A DNA stretch of 64,000 bases from Paragordius varius (lineage: Eukaryota > Animalia > Nematomorpha): the NCBI GenBank assembly GCA_964247055.1, contig OZ176056.1:1116001-1180000 (forward strand), in the 5' to 3' direction. This document shows, one piece after another, positions 11,801 to 25,462 of the stretch; position 1 is the stretch's first letter; the number at the start of each line of letters is the position of its first letter. The notes below the pieces were generated by a model. The model was given only the letters and a program-made list of their open reading frames with translations. It had not been told where the DNA came from and did no database searches. Position numbers and translations under genes: made by a program.

Positions 11801-14800
11801 TTAACAAGCCAAAATTCAGAAAGAATCATTCAGATATCATGTTTAAAAAATTAATTTTACTTAAATTTTGCATTTAAAATTTTCGGGCCGCAGCGGAAGG
11901 CTGCGTATTAGACACGGCCCTTGAACTAAAAAAAACATCAAATAAAATGATTACAGTAAAAATTAAAATTATACGTGGACAAAACGTAAAAATATAAAGA
12001 CAAATATTGTTTTTCTAAAAGACAACCTTTCTTTTGAAAACCTCTTAATGTTTCCCATATACGCTTTATAGTTGTTACAATTGTTTTATATAAAATTGAT
12101 TGTGTTAGTATTATATCTCTCTATTTCACATTTTGCCTTTTAAAACAATGAGTTATATTGATATATATAAATCTAGATTTAAAAAGCATGGTTGTCTTTT
12201 AGAAAATAATATTTGTCTATATATATTTTTACGTTTTGTCCATATAATAATAGTTTTTACTGTAATTTGATGCAATGCATTATAACTCATATTTTATTCA
12301 TCTTAAACAATATTTAGTCCTGTTTTTTTACTATATATATATTTTAGGATAAAATGGTATTTATGGAGGATATGGCTAAAATTATAGATGGCCCCGAACA
12401 GTTTAGTACAACATTTTTGCAAAGGGAAAATAAAACTTTTTCAAATTTTAGCGCATTTAACGCTAAAACTGACCCTGCCAATTATTTTTATTCACCTGTC
12501 GACAATAATCAACTATCAATCCAAAATAACTTTCTAAACGGAGAACATATGAAATGTTTTACGAATTTTGCACACTTAAACTCTTGTAATATGTCATTTA
12601 GTACTGTTAATGATTTAAATAATAAAAGTAATAATGAGTCTAATACTTCGACCGAAAAAAAACCAAAAAGTAAATTTTTTTACCCATTCATTGCATTTTG
12701 ATGATTTTGCGGTAAAGAGCAAAATATAATTTGCTTTATAAATAAAATATATACCATTTACAATTGATATTTACCTTTACACAATTCAAACACCCTCAAA
12801 TAAATTATGTGTTTTTTAAAATTAAAAAATTACCTATAATAATATATTTTTTTAAAAAAATAAAATTTTGTTTAAAATTAAAATAATACTGAAAAAATAA
12901 TAAACTATGACATAAAGATATGTTTCATATTAATCATCAGTTATATTAGTTCGAAAACAGACAATTGTTTTTTAGGCTAAATTTGAATTGTTCGGGGGTG
13001 AATTTGAACTGTAAAGGTTATATTGTATTTTATTAATTTCATTCCTTTATATGCATTATAATATATATATTAATGGCAAAATATTTAATCTGAAATTTTA
13101 GCAATTATTAATTTATCCAAATTTTTCATATTTATCAATATTTTATCACCTATATTTAGAAAAATCGTTTGATAAACTAATCTCTACATTTTTTTATAAA
13201 AATAATCATATAATCTTATTTTTTTCGCATTTAAGATCGTGTCCGAAGACTGTATGATATAGCCAATGTCCTTTCTAGTCTCGCTTTGGTAGAAAAAGTC
13301 CGTATAAAAAGTGCTCAAGGTTATAATAGAGCCGGTTTTGCTTATATTGGTCCAACTTTGCAGGAAAGATTAATAGGCAAATATGGAGGGAAAACACAAA
13401 AAGTAAGTTTTGTTATCAAAAAATTAGATTTACAGTAAAAATTGGAAAATTTGTGAGTATAAAAATAATAAAAATGTCAAAATGTAAATGTTTGACCCTT
13501 TATAAAATTGTTTTTAATATGCCATATAAATTAATTGAATTATTAAATTGAGGGTGATTTACATAACCACAAAATGGTGAGATTTGTCTTTTAGTTTTTA
13601 TACGCGTTGTCTTGTAATAATTTATTTTTTGATTTGTATAAATGTGTCATATTTATAGCTTCGATAAAAATTACCAAATCAAGTAAAATTACAAAAATAC
13701 TTATTATTATATATATAGTTTTCTGCCGAAATTGAACTAACAAATTAAAAAACAATATTACTTTTTTGTAATTTTGTGGGCATTAACAAAAACCAAATAT
13801 TGCACATATATGCCACATTATTTAAATTTTTGTTCAAAATTTTGATAATAAAATTGTAATCACATATACCATTTACAATTCAAATTGACCCTTAAACAAT
13901 TCAAATTCACCCTAAAATAAATTATATCTTTTTTTAAGATTAAAAATTACAAATATATTTATATATTTTTTTTAAAAAAAATTTGTTTTAAATTAAAATT
14001 ATACTGAAAAATTAATAAACTCTGCCATAAAGAAATATTTCATACTAATAATCAGTTATATTAGTTACGCATAATTTATTTTTAGGGTGAATTTGAATTG
14101 TTAAAGGGTGAATATGAACTGTAAATGGTATATATGATATAGTTGTGTTGTACAAAATTCATTCTATTCAACAAAATTTATTTTATATGAATATTTTATG
14201 CAATATATTTTATGTTCTTTTTTCGTAAAAACTAGTCAATATTTTATTAAGGATTAGAATTGTTGTGATTATTTTAAAATTTATTTTTATTTTATTGGTG
14301 AAAATTAATGGAAATATATGTAAATAAAATTTTTGTTGATTTTATTTTAAAATAAAAAGATTTTTTTGTGTTTTAGGTCATCGATAAAACGGACTCTGAA
14401 GGCTTAACATTGCCGGAAAATAGTGTACAACCCACTGAGACTTTGGAAAATGGTCATCAGAATTTATTTCTAAAAAGTATTATCTCTTTAATTTATTAAA
14501 TATGAGTTATATTTGAAATTTACCAAAGTTTATTATTATCAACAAGTATATTTTACCTAAAACGTAAGAATTAGGAAGGAATATTGGGTGGAATATGGAT
14601 TTACCCTTAAACAATTCATTATTATATACCATCTATACTTCAAATTCACCCTTAAACAATTCAAATTCATCCTCAAAAATAATTTGATTTTTCCAAAACC
14701 CATTATTAACATGAAATATATCTTATATTTATGGGACATAATTTATTATTTTTTTAGTATATTCTTTCATCAACAAAATTTAATTTTTTAAACTATTGAT

Positions 14801-17562
14801 AAAAATATAGTTGATTTATTATAGGGTGAATTTGATTTGCTTGAGTATATTATATTTGGTTATAAGTAAACATCATTTTTTTTTGTATTAATCGTAAACT
14901 CTTTCCTAATTTTTTTTGACTAATAAATCTATTTATCATTGAATAATTATAAAAATAAACACTCATTTTTTGCTTTGATTTATACCCTTAAAACTCCTTT
15001 TTAAAACCATTACAAAATCATATTTAATTTTTTTTAAAAAAAAAATAAACTTTTAAGAATATTGTTATAATTTATTAACCTCAGATTTATTTATTCAAAA
15101 TTAGCTCAAAATCATATTTATTTTTTAAAAAAAATAAACTTTCAAGACTATATTGGTATTCTTTTTTAGGAAATTTATTCAATCAAAATAATTTAGCTCT
15201 AATTTTAAATTTTAATAATATTTTTTGTAGATGTACTTCACACGGTTGGTCCCCACCGGCATTCTTTATTTAAACCGCCACAGGTATTTGAACAAAAATC
15301 ATGTTCTTATCTTAAATCTTGCCCTTCGAAATTGGCTTCTCATTCAAGCCATAGTTTTAGCTGTATTTTACCCAGAAATAATGGTACTACTTACTTTTTA
15401 AGCAAAAAAATATAAAGACAAATATTTTATCTAAAAGACAACCATATTTTTAAATCTTGTTTTTTTTGAATATAACTTATTGCGTTAAATTTCAAAGGAT
15501 AAAATAGAGATGTTTATTACGTAATCACCTATATTTTTTATGCTTGTTTTCAAATATTTTATAAGAGAAAAATAAGGTATAAAAAAGTATTTATTATTGT
15601 CTTTTGATAAAAAATATTTGTCTTTATATTTTCACGTTTTGTCCGTATAATTTTAAATTTTACTGTACTTTTTAAACATATATAAATTAATTTCTAGCCA
15701 CTTTGTTTTTGTTAATATTCGAATTAAATGAATTAGAGTAAAAATAAAAATTTATATTATTTAGGCAAAAAATATAAATAAAGGATAATTTGTCTAAGAA
15801 ACAAATATTTTCAGCCTTGATTTTTTGGATAGGCTAGCGTTTAGGGTTGAGTTGTAATGTGAAGATATTATAGGTTATATTAAGGAACTATATTTATGGT
15901 TTAAGTTTTCTTTGGCAAAAAATATATATATAAAAAATTAAAATTATACGGACCAAACGTTAAATTAAAAAGAGAAATTTTTTTTCAAAAGCCGCACTCT
16001 CCTTTTGTAAACCTGATTTTTAATATAACTAACTCATTTTAAATTGCAAATAACGAAATTAAGGCGTATATTGGTAACACAATTGAATAATTCACATAAG
16101 AAAAATTAAGGAAATTATGGTGTTTTTTTATAAAAAATAATTTAATTTATTTTTTTAAATTTTGCCCTTATGTAATATTTAAACAATATTTTAGCAACAA
16201 ATGCTTCAAATGGTACAAATCTGGATGGGAATGCGAATGCTAATAATTCAATCATTGTACCTAATCCCCAATTCGGTGTTTATAAAACACCAATCTACCC
16301 AAAATATAATGAGGAAACTAATTTAAATCCGGGCCTTTTGAATGGGCCAAATATAATTTATACCAAACCACCATCTATATTAACTCATCAAACTTTGACA
16401 AAGAATACAAATGCTGCGCCGCTGAGTAGTAATGGGAAAAAATTTATACGTGTTAATTCTTATGCTTTTGCAAAAACAACTATACATAACACTTGTTTGA
16501 GTGATTCAAAAGTAGTTTCAGATACTCATAAATCAACATTAGTCATGATGAATAATCCTAGCAGTCAAAAATTAGTTTGTACGGTAGAGGGTAAAAATAT
16601 TGCTACTTTAAAACAAGAAATAATAAGTCCATTGGTTATGTGTCAATTGGGAACTACTAAACAAAAAACTCCGTTTGTTAAGAATTTCACCACAACCTCT
16701 ACTATGGAAACAAAATGTGAAGAAAGATCATCAAAGTTAACGAGAGAAAATAGTTTTACTCTAATGTACTTGGAAAGTTTGTTAAAATCTCAAATAACTA
16801 ATCATGTTAACAATTCCAATCTTGTTGAAACCATTGATAATGGTATTACAAATTCAAAAAATATTAATAGTGAAGGAGGGAATTTGGCTAAAACAAATTC
16901 ATTAAGTTATCTGGGATATCCCTCAGTTTCTAATATACTTTTTAAGCAAGAACCAATAAATTCAATGGAAAAATCGAACCTCAACACTGCAAATAAGCCT
17001 GGTATCGAAATCAAGGAAAATATATTATCTCAAAGTATTTTGTTTATTTTTTGTCAGTTTGTTTGTTATCAACAACTTTTAAATTTTACTTTTTACTAAA
17101 AAAGATAATATTGAACGGGTCAAAGAGTAGCTACATATATTTAAATTTAGGGAGGACAATTTTTATTTATTTTCCTTAACAATTATTTTTACTATAATAT
17201 CTTAATCCATACATAAAAAATATATTTATGTTTTTAATTGTACTGTATATCCATTTTAACACCTTAAAGATAAATTACGAAAATATTTTTTGGTTAGAAT
17301 ATATTATATATATTAATAATTAATTTTAGAACGCAAACTCAGTTTTTCTAGTCCCCAAAGAATTAACACTTTACCGCTACAAAATATTACAAACAAGGAT
17401 ATTACTATACAAAAACAAAACAACTCATCATTCTTGGGGTTTTTGCCCAAAAATAATTTTATGAACAAAACAAATATGTATGCAGCAAAAAAGTTAATTT
17501 ACAATAAAAATACGATGAAAAACTCCCAAAATTTGGAATCTAATAAGGAAAATATATATTGA
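8812..17562 (+). CDS. E2F7/8: Atypical E2F transcription factor (E2F7/E2F8 family), 11 exons
   Basis: Exons 8812-8854, 8918-9152, 9222-9295, 10308-10438, 10902-11354, 12348-12669, 13236-13402, 14377-14476, 15231-15383, 16195-17034 and 17330-17562, all phase-matched. Hallmarks: SPNANLKMLFSVISPE (E2F7/8 PTANLKML motif), DBD1 KSLNVLCQKF...VERRRIYDIINIMESL...YQWHG, DBD2 SLGILSQKF...RVRRLYDIANVLSSLALV. Confidence 0.92.
9480..9747 (+). mobile_element. MITE family A (E2F7/8 intron 3)
   Basis: Both TIRs, degenerate. Confidence 0.75.
9906..10210 (-). mobile_element. MITE family A (E2F7/8 intron 3)
   Basis: Both TIR arrays, reversed core. Confidence 0.75.
11724..11920. mobile_element. Degenerate hAT (Charlie-like) MITE
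   Basis: Left end CAGTGGTGTCCAAC; right subterminal gggccgca...ttagacac resembles the 25.8 kb hAT ends. TSD not found. Confidence 0.35.
11954..12262. mobile_element. MITE family B (Tc1/mariner-pogo-like), intact reference copy
   Basis: TA-CAGTAAAAATTAAAATTATACG..ACAAAACGTAAAAATATAAAGACAAATA ... TTTTACGTTTTGTCC..TTTTTACTG-TA. Confidence 0.85.
12754..13018 (+). mobile_element. MITE family A (E2F7/8 intron 6)
   Basis: Both TIRs, family core. Confidence 0.8.
13869..14128 (+). mobile_element. MITE family A, intact, TATA both sides
   Basis: cacaTATA-CCATTTACAATTC ... GTAAATGG-TATAtatg. Confidence 0.88.
14629..14845 (-). mobile_element. MITE family A, degenerate
   Basis: TATA-CCATCTATACTTCAAATTCACCC; reversed core; decayed right TIR. 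Confidence 0.65.
15402..15665. mobile_element. MITE family B, left end eroded
   Basis: Right TIR ACGTTTTGTCCGTATAATTTTAAATTTTACTG-TA. Confidence 0.75.
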
Positions 17563-18526
17563 TATTTAGTTTGATTGTGAATTTTTTAAAAATGATTTAT
17601 GAATTAATCTAATAATTATAATTAGTGTTTTTTATCTATTCGTTCAACGTATATACGACCTTTAAGCTATGTCGACAAATAAATTATATCTTATAATTCA
17701 TGAATTATTTAGGTTAATAATCTTGAAAAAAAAGTCAAAATACAGGTATTTTATATGATTTTCAATTTGTGGTTGTTTATGATTCGATTTTTATGTGCGG
17801 TTTTTAAAATAACTACCAAAATTTCCGTTAAAATATTTTTTTTCGATTTAAGCCTCAATAAATTAATAATTAACCAAACTCATTTAACAATAAAAATTAA
17901 TTTATTTATTTTTAAATATATTAATATATAATTATCAATTAATTAATTAAATTGTTAAGGGAAGCTTCTTCTAAATCCAACACCATGTGGGCTATTCACT
18001 AACTTGACGCGCACTACTAAAAGGTGTATAATAAAAAAACGTTAAACAAAAAAAATTATCTTTGGGATAATCTATTTACATTATTTGGCAAATGTTATAT
18101 GTTAATATGACCACCCCCTTCTTAAAAGGTATGGGGTTTCGAACAAAAATTCGGAAAACCTAAAATTTATGAATATTTTGATTGTTTCAAGAAATGTGCA
18201 AAGGGTAACTAAGCCATTTTATGTGCCTTCAGTTGACCCACCCTGAAAAAATGTTTTTGACCAATTAATTGGTTTATGAAACATTTATGGAAGTAAGAAG
18301 CCCATTAATTTTAAAACCGAATATATTTGACAAAATTTTGTGTGCACTGTATAATATAAGCCAAAATAAGTAATTGAGTGGGTAACGACAAGGGTTTGTA
18401 ATGTAAATGATGTGGAAATCGTCGTAAAATACCATGAAAATAAAATATAATTTTATTTTTATTGTCTTTTATTATATATATATATATATATAATATCTAT
18501 GTTTCCTACTAATCTCCTGATGATCC

Positions 18527-20702
18527 CTATGGCGAAAATTTAAGAATCAATAAAGCCAAAAGAATGTTTGAACCTTAATATTTTATATCTAAATTTTTTT
18601 ATAAAACATATAAACTCCTTATCTATAAAAAACTACATTTTTCACTTTTTATAAAGTGACTTGATCATTTTACCCCAATCGGCATATTTTTAATCATATA
18701 TATATATATATATATATATCTATATAATAAGAAGTTGTGAATACTCAATAACAATTTTACGAGTGTTATTACCTGAGTCATCTTCAATGATTGTGTCTAT
18801 GGTCGTATTTTGGACATTTGGTATTACATGCTCTAAAATTTTATAAAAGCTAATATTATCTCCTTTTACAAAAGCTGGGAATTTTTATATCATAATTACT
18901 AAAAAATCAATCACAATTTTAAATTTTGTATTAATTATAATGACATATGATATTAGGCAACTACTATTGTTTTTGAGTGCCATTTTTAAATATTAATAAC
19001 AAATACCAAACACGGTTCTGATTTTTTGAAAATAGAGTCAAAATTGGAATTAAACAGAAAAATTGTAATAATACAAAGACAAATATTTTTTTCAATACAA
19101 CCATACTTTTTTAAACTCCATTTTTTAAAATATAACTCATTGTTTCAACTTGCATATTAAATGGATATCTTATTAATGACACTATTAATCATATTTTTTA
19201 CAATTGTAATTATATAATTTATATGTGAAAAATAAGGTTTAAAAAAGTACGGTTATTTTTCACAAAAAAATATTAGTTTTTATATTTACGTTTTGTCCGA
19301 ATAATTCAGTTTTTACTTAACGGTTAAATAAATTCTAAGTTTTTGAAAGAACCAATCAAAAAATTCATATTAAATCAAAAAAACAAAGTAAAATTGGTTA
19401 AATTATTTAATAAATTTTAAGTCATTTTAAATTCATTATAGTGTTTGATTATAAAATATTGAAAAATTCTTGACTGTTTATTTAAATACTGTCACAATCA
19501 ATGTTTTGAATGCCTTTATTAATGGGCACACTCGACTCTCAGAAAACACAATAATCTGGTTAGGTAGAATCTGAAAAATTTCCATATTTTATATTATATA
19601 TAACTTAAGGATTGGTCCAGATTCTAAAATTATGTATTCCTAAGTGCGGGCGCTGTAAGCGCTGTACAGAAAATCTTATTAAAAACAGAAGCTTTTTATT
19701 ACAGAATCCTAAATACCTTATTTACAACAGAGCGAATGGCGCACAATTACCTGGGAAAAGCCAAGCCATAAATCAAATATTTTATACAATGGTAAAATTT
19801 GAAATTATTTGGATACAAAATTTAAAGACAATAATATTTATTCTAAAGACTGCTTAACTATTTTACACTTACTTTAGCACTTTAATACAACCCCCGATTT
19901 AAATTAGGGTTTGTGGGGACCTCAGGCCTGTTTAAAATCAAATATCTCTAATATTATGGCAATTGAAAAAGTTTGCACTGATATAAAACATTGACGCACC
20001 GAAAAGATCTACTTAAAATACTTGATATTACATATTATATAAATATTCCTCACAGTACAAATTTAGTCAACATGGGTGTATGTACGTTGGCTAATTATAA
20101 ATACTAAATATACCACCTTTTTTGTTTATATCAATGCCAGTTATGAATTAAATAAAAAATAAATATTAAGTTTAGCGTTAGAATCAAATAAACACGATAT
20201 TTTACATAAAATTTGTAATATAAAACGGCTTCAAGGTAGTTTGATATGGATTTTTTTAAAACTAAGCTCTATTTATATATTTTGGCTTATTTATATAATT
20301 TTTATTAATTTAGAAACGTATATATAAATTAATCGTTTTTTTTCAGTAGTTTTTTAAGAAACTCAAAAGTCTGGGGTCTTTAGATACCCCCATTTGAATA
20401 GAAGTGTAAATATAACTCATTGATTTGCAAAGTATGAAATAAAGTGTATATTCTTAACACAATATAATTGTTGTAAAATTTAGAAAAATACAAGGTTTAA
20501 AAAAGTATGGTTGTCTTTCGAAAATAAATGTGTTTTTATATTTTTACAGTTGGCTATGTAAAACAAAATGACGTGGGTTTAAAAACCATCACATAAAATA
20601 TTTATAACAATTTTATTGAAAAATTTAATTCAAAATACCTTGGCTAAAGTTCATATAGCCCATTAAGATTCCACACAAAATCCATTGAATGATTGTCGCC
20701 AT
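18527..20702 (-). CDS. Putative small secreted / GPI-anchored protein (internal exons unresolved)
   Basis: First exon 20702-20639 gives MATIIQWILCGILMGYMNFSQG (signal-peptide-like; donor AAG|gtattt). Last exons ~18864-18772 and 18573-18527 give ...IIEDDSGSNILLALLILKFSP* (small residues then a hydrophobic tail). Middle exons around 19.5-19.75 kb could not be joined cleanly. Confidence 0.3.
19055..19317. mobile_element. MITE family B
   Basis: AAAGACAAATA...CAACCATACTTTTTTAAAC core and right TIR. Confidence 0.7.
19865..20406 (+). mobile_element. MITE family C, apparently inserted in a family B copy (~19790-20560)
   Basis: Right end ggggtctttagatacccccatttgaatagAAGTG-taaa, with B-like halves on either side. 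Confidence 0.55.
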
Positions 20703-21908
20703 AAGCGTTTTTTAAATAATAAAATGAATAAATAATTTAATCAGTTTAACCTTAACGAATAATAGTTCTTATCAGGAGAAATCGCATTCAATTTAAATAA
20801 CTTGATTATTTTATAGATATAACTATAATAAATCTAATCTTGTCCAATTACCTTGTGCATTGTAAAAATATTTTTCAAAAAGTAGTTTGTTTTCTTTATT
20901 TAAATTTTTTAAGTCGAGTCAGATATATAACCAAACATCACAAAAAACATTACTATACGAATTTTATGAAATATCTATGTTTTGTACACCTGATATTATA
21001 ATCAAGACTCTTTAATGAAGATTATATATAATTAAAATCTATTATGCCTATAGTTTTTTGTCATATAATATAATAAACGATTTGGTTTAACTTTTAACCG
21101 TAATTGGCTTAAATATTTGTTTACGAAAGTTTTAAATAACAAATTATATTTTTTTATTACTAGATGTGTAGTCGACACTATCAATAGGAAATAGATTATA
21201 TATTTTGTCAGCGACAGAATAATAAACATAAATTTATATGCTTAAAACTTTACCTTTGTCTCATATTTTTTCTATATTTGCATTTATTTTCATATGGTAG
21301 CAAATGAAATATAGAGTGGGACCTTGGGATTGGTTAAAAACGCTCCTAACCTTTTGCCTTTAAATGGGCAGTCCCTTATAACATTGATAATTATAAATAG
21401 TGTCTTAAAAGACCAATATTGCTAATATGTATAGCCATTTCAAGTGATTAATAACAAACCACAATTGATTGGCCCTGCAAAGCCATTTTAAGATATAGAT
21501 ACCGTCCTGTGGTCTGGGATAATAAATCCGAGTTAACTAGGACTGCTGTTCTCTCTATAAGCATTTGCTACAATTCCGAGATGATTAAAGTATAGATCTT
21601 GTAACACAGGACTTTTTATTGGTGCTAAGATAACGAACATATACTATGATCGTTTCTTATATATAATTTCTTTTGAAAATTGTGTGGCGCTTTAAAACAT
21701 TTCATTTATTCATTTTGCAGTGGATACACCATCGTTACCGTTATTAGGTCCTAGACGCATAATCTAAAATTTGATTTATTAAATATACAGGTAAGAATCT
21801 TTTTTTCCTTTTTATATTAAAGAATAAACACTAAAATTATATCAGGAATCGTAAAAGTTTCAACACTCGTTTGCCCAGCTGACAGTGTTGGCGAAAATGC
21901 GCATTTTT

Positions 21909-21977
21909 GGGGTTCGAACTCTGGAACTCGACATACTGTGTTAGAGTCCGGCGCCCTACTTACTATACCATTACGCC
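21909..21977 (-). pseudogene. tRNA-derived relic (SINE head or tRNA pseudogene)
   Basis: Minus strand ggcgtaatggtatagtaagtag...ggactctaac...gagttcgaacccc has A-box-like and B-box (GTTCGAAC) motifs and a tRNA-His/Gln-like 5' half. The anticodon and acceptor stems do not pair. Confidence 0.45.
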
Positions 21978-24900
21978 TTCTGCTAACTACAATTCGTTCG
22001 GCGAGAGGCTTTTAATAATATATGATAAGGGTCCCTTGGATAGATTAAATTAACTTTAAATCCAACAGTATATGATCTGTTAGTCACATTTCTACAAATA
22101 GTTATTTGTTGTTAAAACAATGACCAGGATCTTTTTAATAAGAGAATACGTGTAGGTTACGCAGAGAAGGCAGGCACCATAACGCTGAACTTTTTGATAT
22201 AATACGGCCTATTCCATAAGTTACGTGTTGTGAATATAAACAAAAAAATATTTTTCGAGGCATTTGATCAAATTATCCATAAATAGGGAGATAGATTGAC
22301 AAGGGAAATGTGAATCGTTAAATCGTACTATAATACGTAAAAGTTTACCCAGTCAACAAAACACTTGATGAAATTATTTTGGCATAAAAATATATAAAAT
22401 TCATATGTTTGTTTTAGCTATAAGTCATTTTTCGAAAACTCTTATAATTAAAATTACCAATATATACTTTTTTAAATAACATTTATAATTATATAAAACA
22501 TGTCAATAAATAAAAAACTTTTATAACTCGATGTCATTTAAAACTCGGTAAAAAACAATTATTTTGAAAGAAAATATGGATAACAACTGCTAGCAGAAAA
22601 TATCATGTATTAGATTAATAACTTCAAAATAATTTTATATCTTTAGCACACTTATTTGGTTAAATTTTATACAAGATATGTAAAATTTGATAATTTAGTA
22701 TACAGTTCAACACATATTACTATGCGCGCAGTTTCACCTGATATTCGGAGGGCCGCATAGAAAAAAATAGAACAGAAATCAAAAAAATATTTTATATTAT
22801 ATCAATTATAAACTGTAAATGAAATTTACGATTATCTACCATTCATTAAATTTTGTTTATTGGCTAAATTTGAAAAGATATAATCAGAATTACATTTTTA
22901 TAAATTAGGAAGTCAAGCTAATCTTTAGTCAAGATTTTCGTCTATATTTTGAATGAATGATAATATGTATCCTACAAAACCCATACTTATAAAATCTAAT
23001 ACAAGATTAATGGTATATTCATATTCGACTGCCGTAAAATAACCTTTAACCAACAAATTAATAGATTCTATTAGAAATGAATATTAGTTTATAAGAAATT
23101 TATTAAACCATTTTATATTTTACCAAGATATTTTAGATAAAATACTGTATTTATTTCAATTTTGGTTCAATTTTTTCACAGCCTGTAAGAATTTTTGGAG
23201 GGACGCCTGATGGACGCCCCTGAGTAGTATATAAACTTTGCACAATCGGAGGGTTTAGAAATTCTGATGAAATATGTATATTTTGAGAAAAAAGTATCAA
23301 AATTTTCTTGGTGCTTTTGGCTGGCCTTATGAGTATATAACAGATAACACTTATGGGGTAATCGCCTCACCAATGGAATGTTTTTTTCAAGCAAACAAAC
23401 CAAAGAACTTTCAAGCACAGACAATTAAAAAAATGCTACGCTTGGGAGGAAAAAATATTGTGTTTATTTTATAAAATGTTGCCTGTGTTGTCTTGGATGA
23501 AAAAATGGGGCGTTTGTTTGAATATATGTTGCGTTTGCTAGAAATAATATTTCATTTGGCCGAAAAATTGTTGCTTTACCTGAAAAACAGTAATATTAAA
23601 AAACACCTTTTTATAAGATTAGAGGGCAAGTCATTTTTGGCGTGACATTTTCAATAAACACAAATAGCCATGATTTTGCGATAAATATTTTGTGATGTAG
23701 ATTATATCATAAAAAATTTTAAAGCATGCATTCTTTGTTAAATAATTTAACTATTAGCAAAAATTATTTATATTATTTCGGAGTACTGTAAATCATATTA
23801 ATAAAATAACCATTTTTTATATTAAATGGAATCTCTAACCTCAAAATTATAATAATACGTTCGTCTTCAACTTTAAGTTAAATATATTTTCTCAAAAAAG
23901 GAACTTAATAAATTACAAATGTTTCAAAGAGATAAAAGTTTAGTCTCATTGAATTAAAATTTTACAAATTACCGTTTCGATCATGCCTTATCGTAATGTG
24001 AACGCCTCGAAATTTTCACTAAAATTAAATTTTTGAACTAAGTATGCATTAATAAAATAATTTTTTGATGTAATAATAATAAATTTTATGTAAATCTATT
24101 TATTCGTTTAATAGAAACTAGTTCTTTAAGGGGTATAATTTGTTACTTTGGGAGCATACATGTAAAATCTTAAATTTTAAACTATATGCTTTTTAGACAT
24201 TGTTTATGATGTATTTAAGTGATTTTTTAAAATATAGCAATTAGATTTCGCCAAAAAATTAAAACATATGTGCGCAAATTTCGCCATTTTCTAATATGGA
24301 ACAATTATCAGCCAAGTTTCTTTATTAAATCATTTTAAAAAAGAAACTAGAATCACCAGACACCTGATAAATTCTATCACAATTATTTCATCAGGATATT
24401 TTTTGTGAAAACTGTGAATATATATTTAATAATAAATTTTAGTGTATTTGAAGCATTAAGTGCCAAAAAATAACAAAATGTGCGAAAATGCCATTTTTTG
24501 TAGGCTACTTTCTTAACGCCTAAAAAAGCACCATATAAATTCTTATGCATTTGTCTATCAAAAAAATATGTTATTATAATAATATGTTTTGTGAACAAGA
24601 TATAATATTATATAACAATATGTAAAGGGCATCATCCGAGATCTTCAATATTAATTGGGTGGATACTTTAGGAAATCTTAGATTTATATTTAAAATCTAG
24701 CAAAGGCAGTAATCCCATTTTTTGATTTGTTCTATTTTGAAAAAAATTACTTAAATAGACCAAAAAAGTAAAAAGTTACATATAAAACTACCTCTCCATT
24801 TTCTTTTGACATTTTGTACAACATATACATTCAGTTCTTCGAAATGGGGGTAGTTGGTTACCTCAGGCTTGTTCAGTTATAAATATTATGGAACAAATTA

Positions 24901-24986
24901 AAACCATCACAAAAGTTTGCAATTATATAACATTTTTAAAACGAAATATAAAAAATATTTATTCAAAAAAACTTGATACTTCTAAA

Positions 24987-25462
24987 CACTTGGATACAAA
25001 ACATTTATTTTAGTTTTTCGATTCAAATTGCGATATTTAGATACCCTAAGCTTTGTTAAAATCAAATATTTCAAAAAATATGGAATAAATTAAAACCATG
25101 CCAAAATTTTGCACCTATATATCATTAATGAACCGAAATGAAAAACATAATTATTCAAAAATACTTGCTATTATTCAGAGGCTAAACTCAAAGGTAAAAA
25201 TTTAGCCAGCATCCGATGTGTACATATGCTAAATATAAATAATGCAAAATATAGCACTTTTTCTTTTTATATCAAAATTTAATGTGTTTTAGAAGAAAAG
25301 ACACCTAATTATGGCCTTAAAAACATGAATGTAAAAATGTTGTAAAATAAAAATGGCGTCGATTAAAATTTTTTTTGTAATATAATTCTATTAGGATAGA
25401 AGGTTAATTAAAATTTTAACCGTTTACCGTAAATTTTTAAAAACTAATTTTGAATCGAAGTG
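24987..25462 (+). mobile_element. MITE family C (with an adjacent partial copy ~24835-24980)
   Basis: taaa-CACTTGGATAC ... ATCGAAGTG-ctaa. Confidence 0.7.

Noticed and set aside
11884-11925. GC-rich nested hairpin (gggccg-cagc-ggaag-gctg...cggccc) as ncRNA or Helitron end
   Set aside because: Better explained as the subterminal region of a decayed hAT MITE starting at 11724; the CTRR that follows is not followed by T.
19612-19857. Plus-strand 81-aa ORF with CGRCKRC
   Set aside because: Its 3' part runs into MITE B sequence, no supporting exons were found, and splice signals favour the minus strand.
21930-21955. CT-CTA-AC loop suggesting an amber suppressor tRNA
   Set aside because: The flanking stem does not pair; it is more likely a mutated Gln/His-derived relic.
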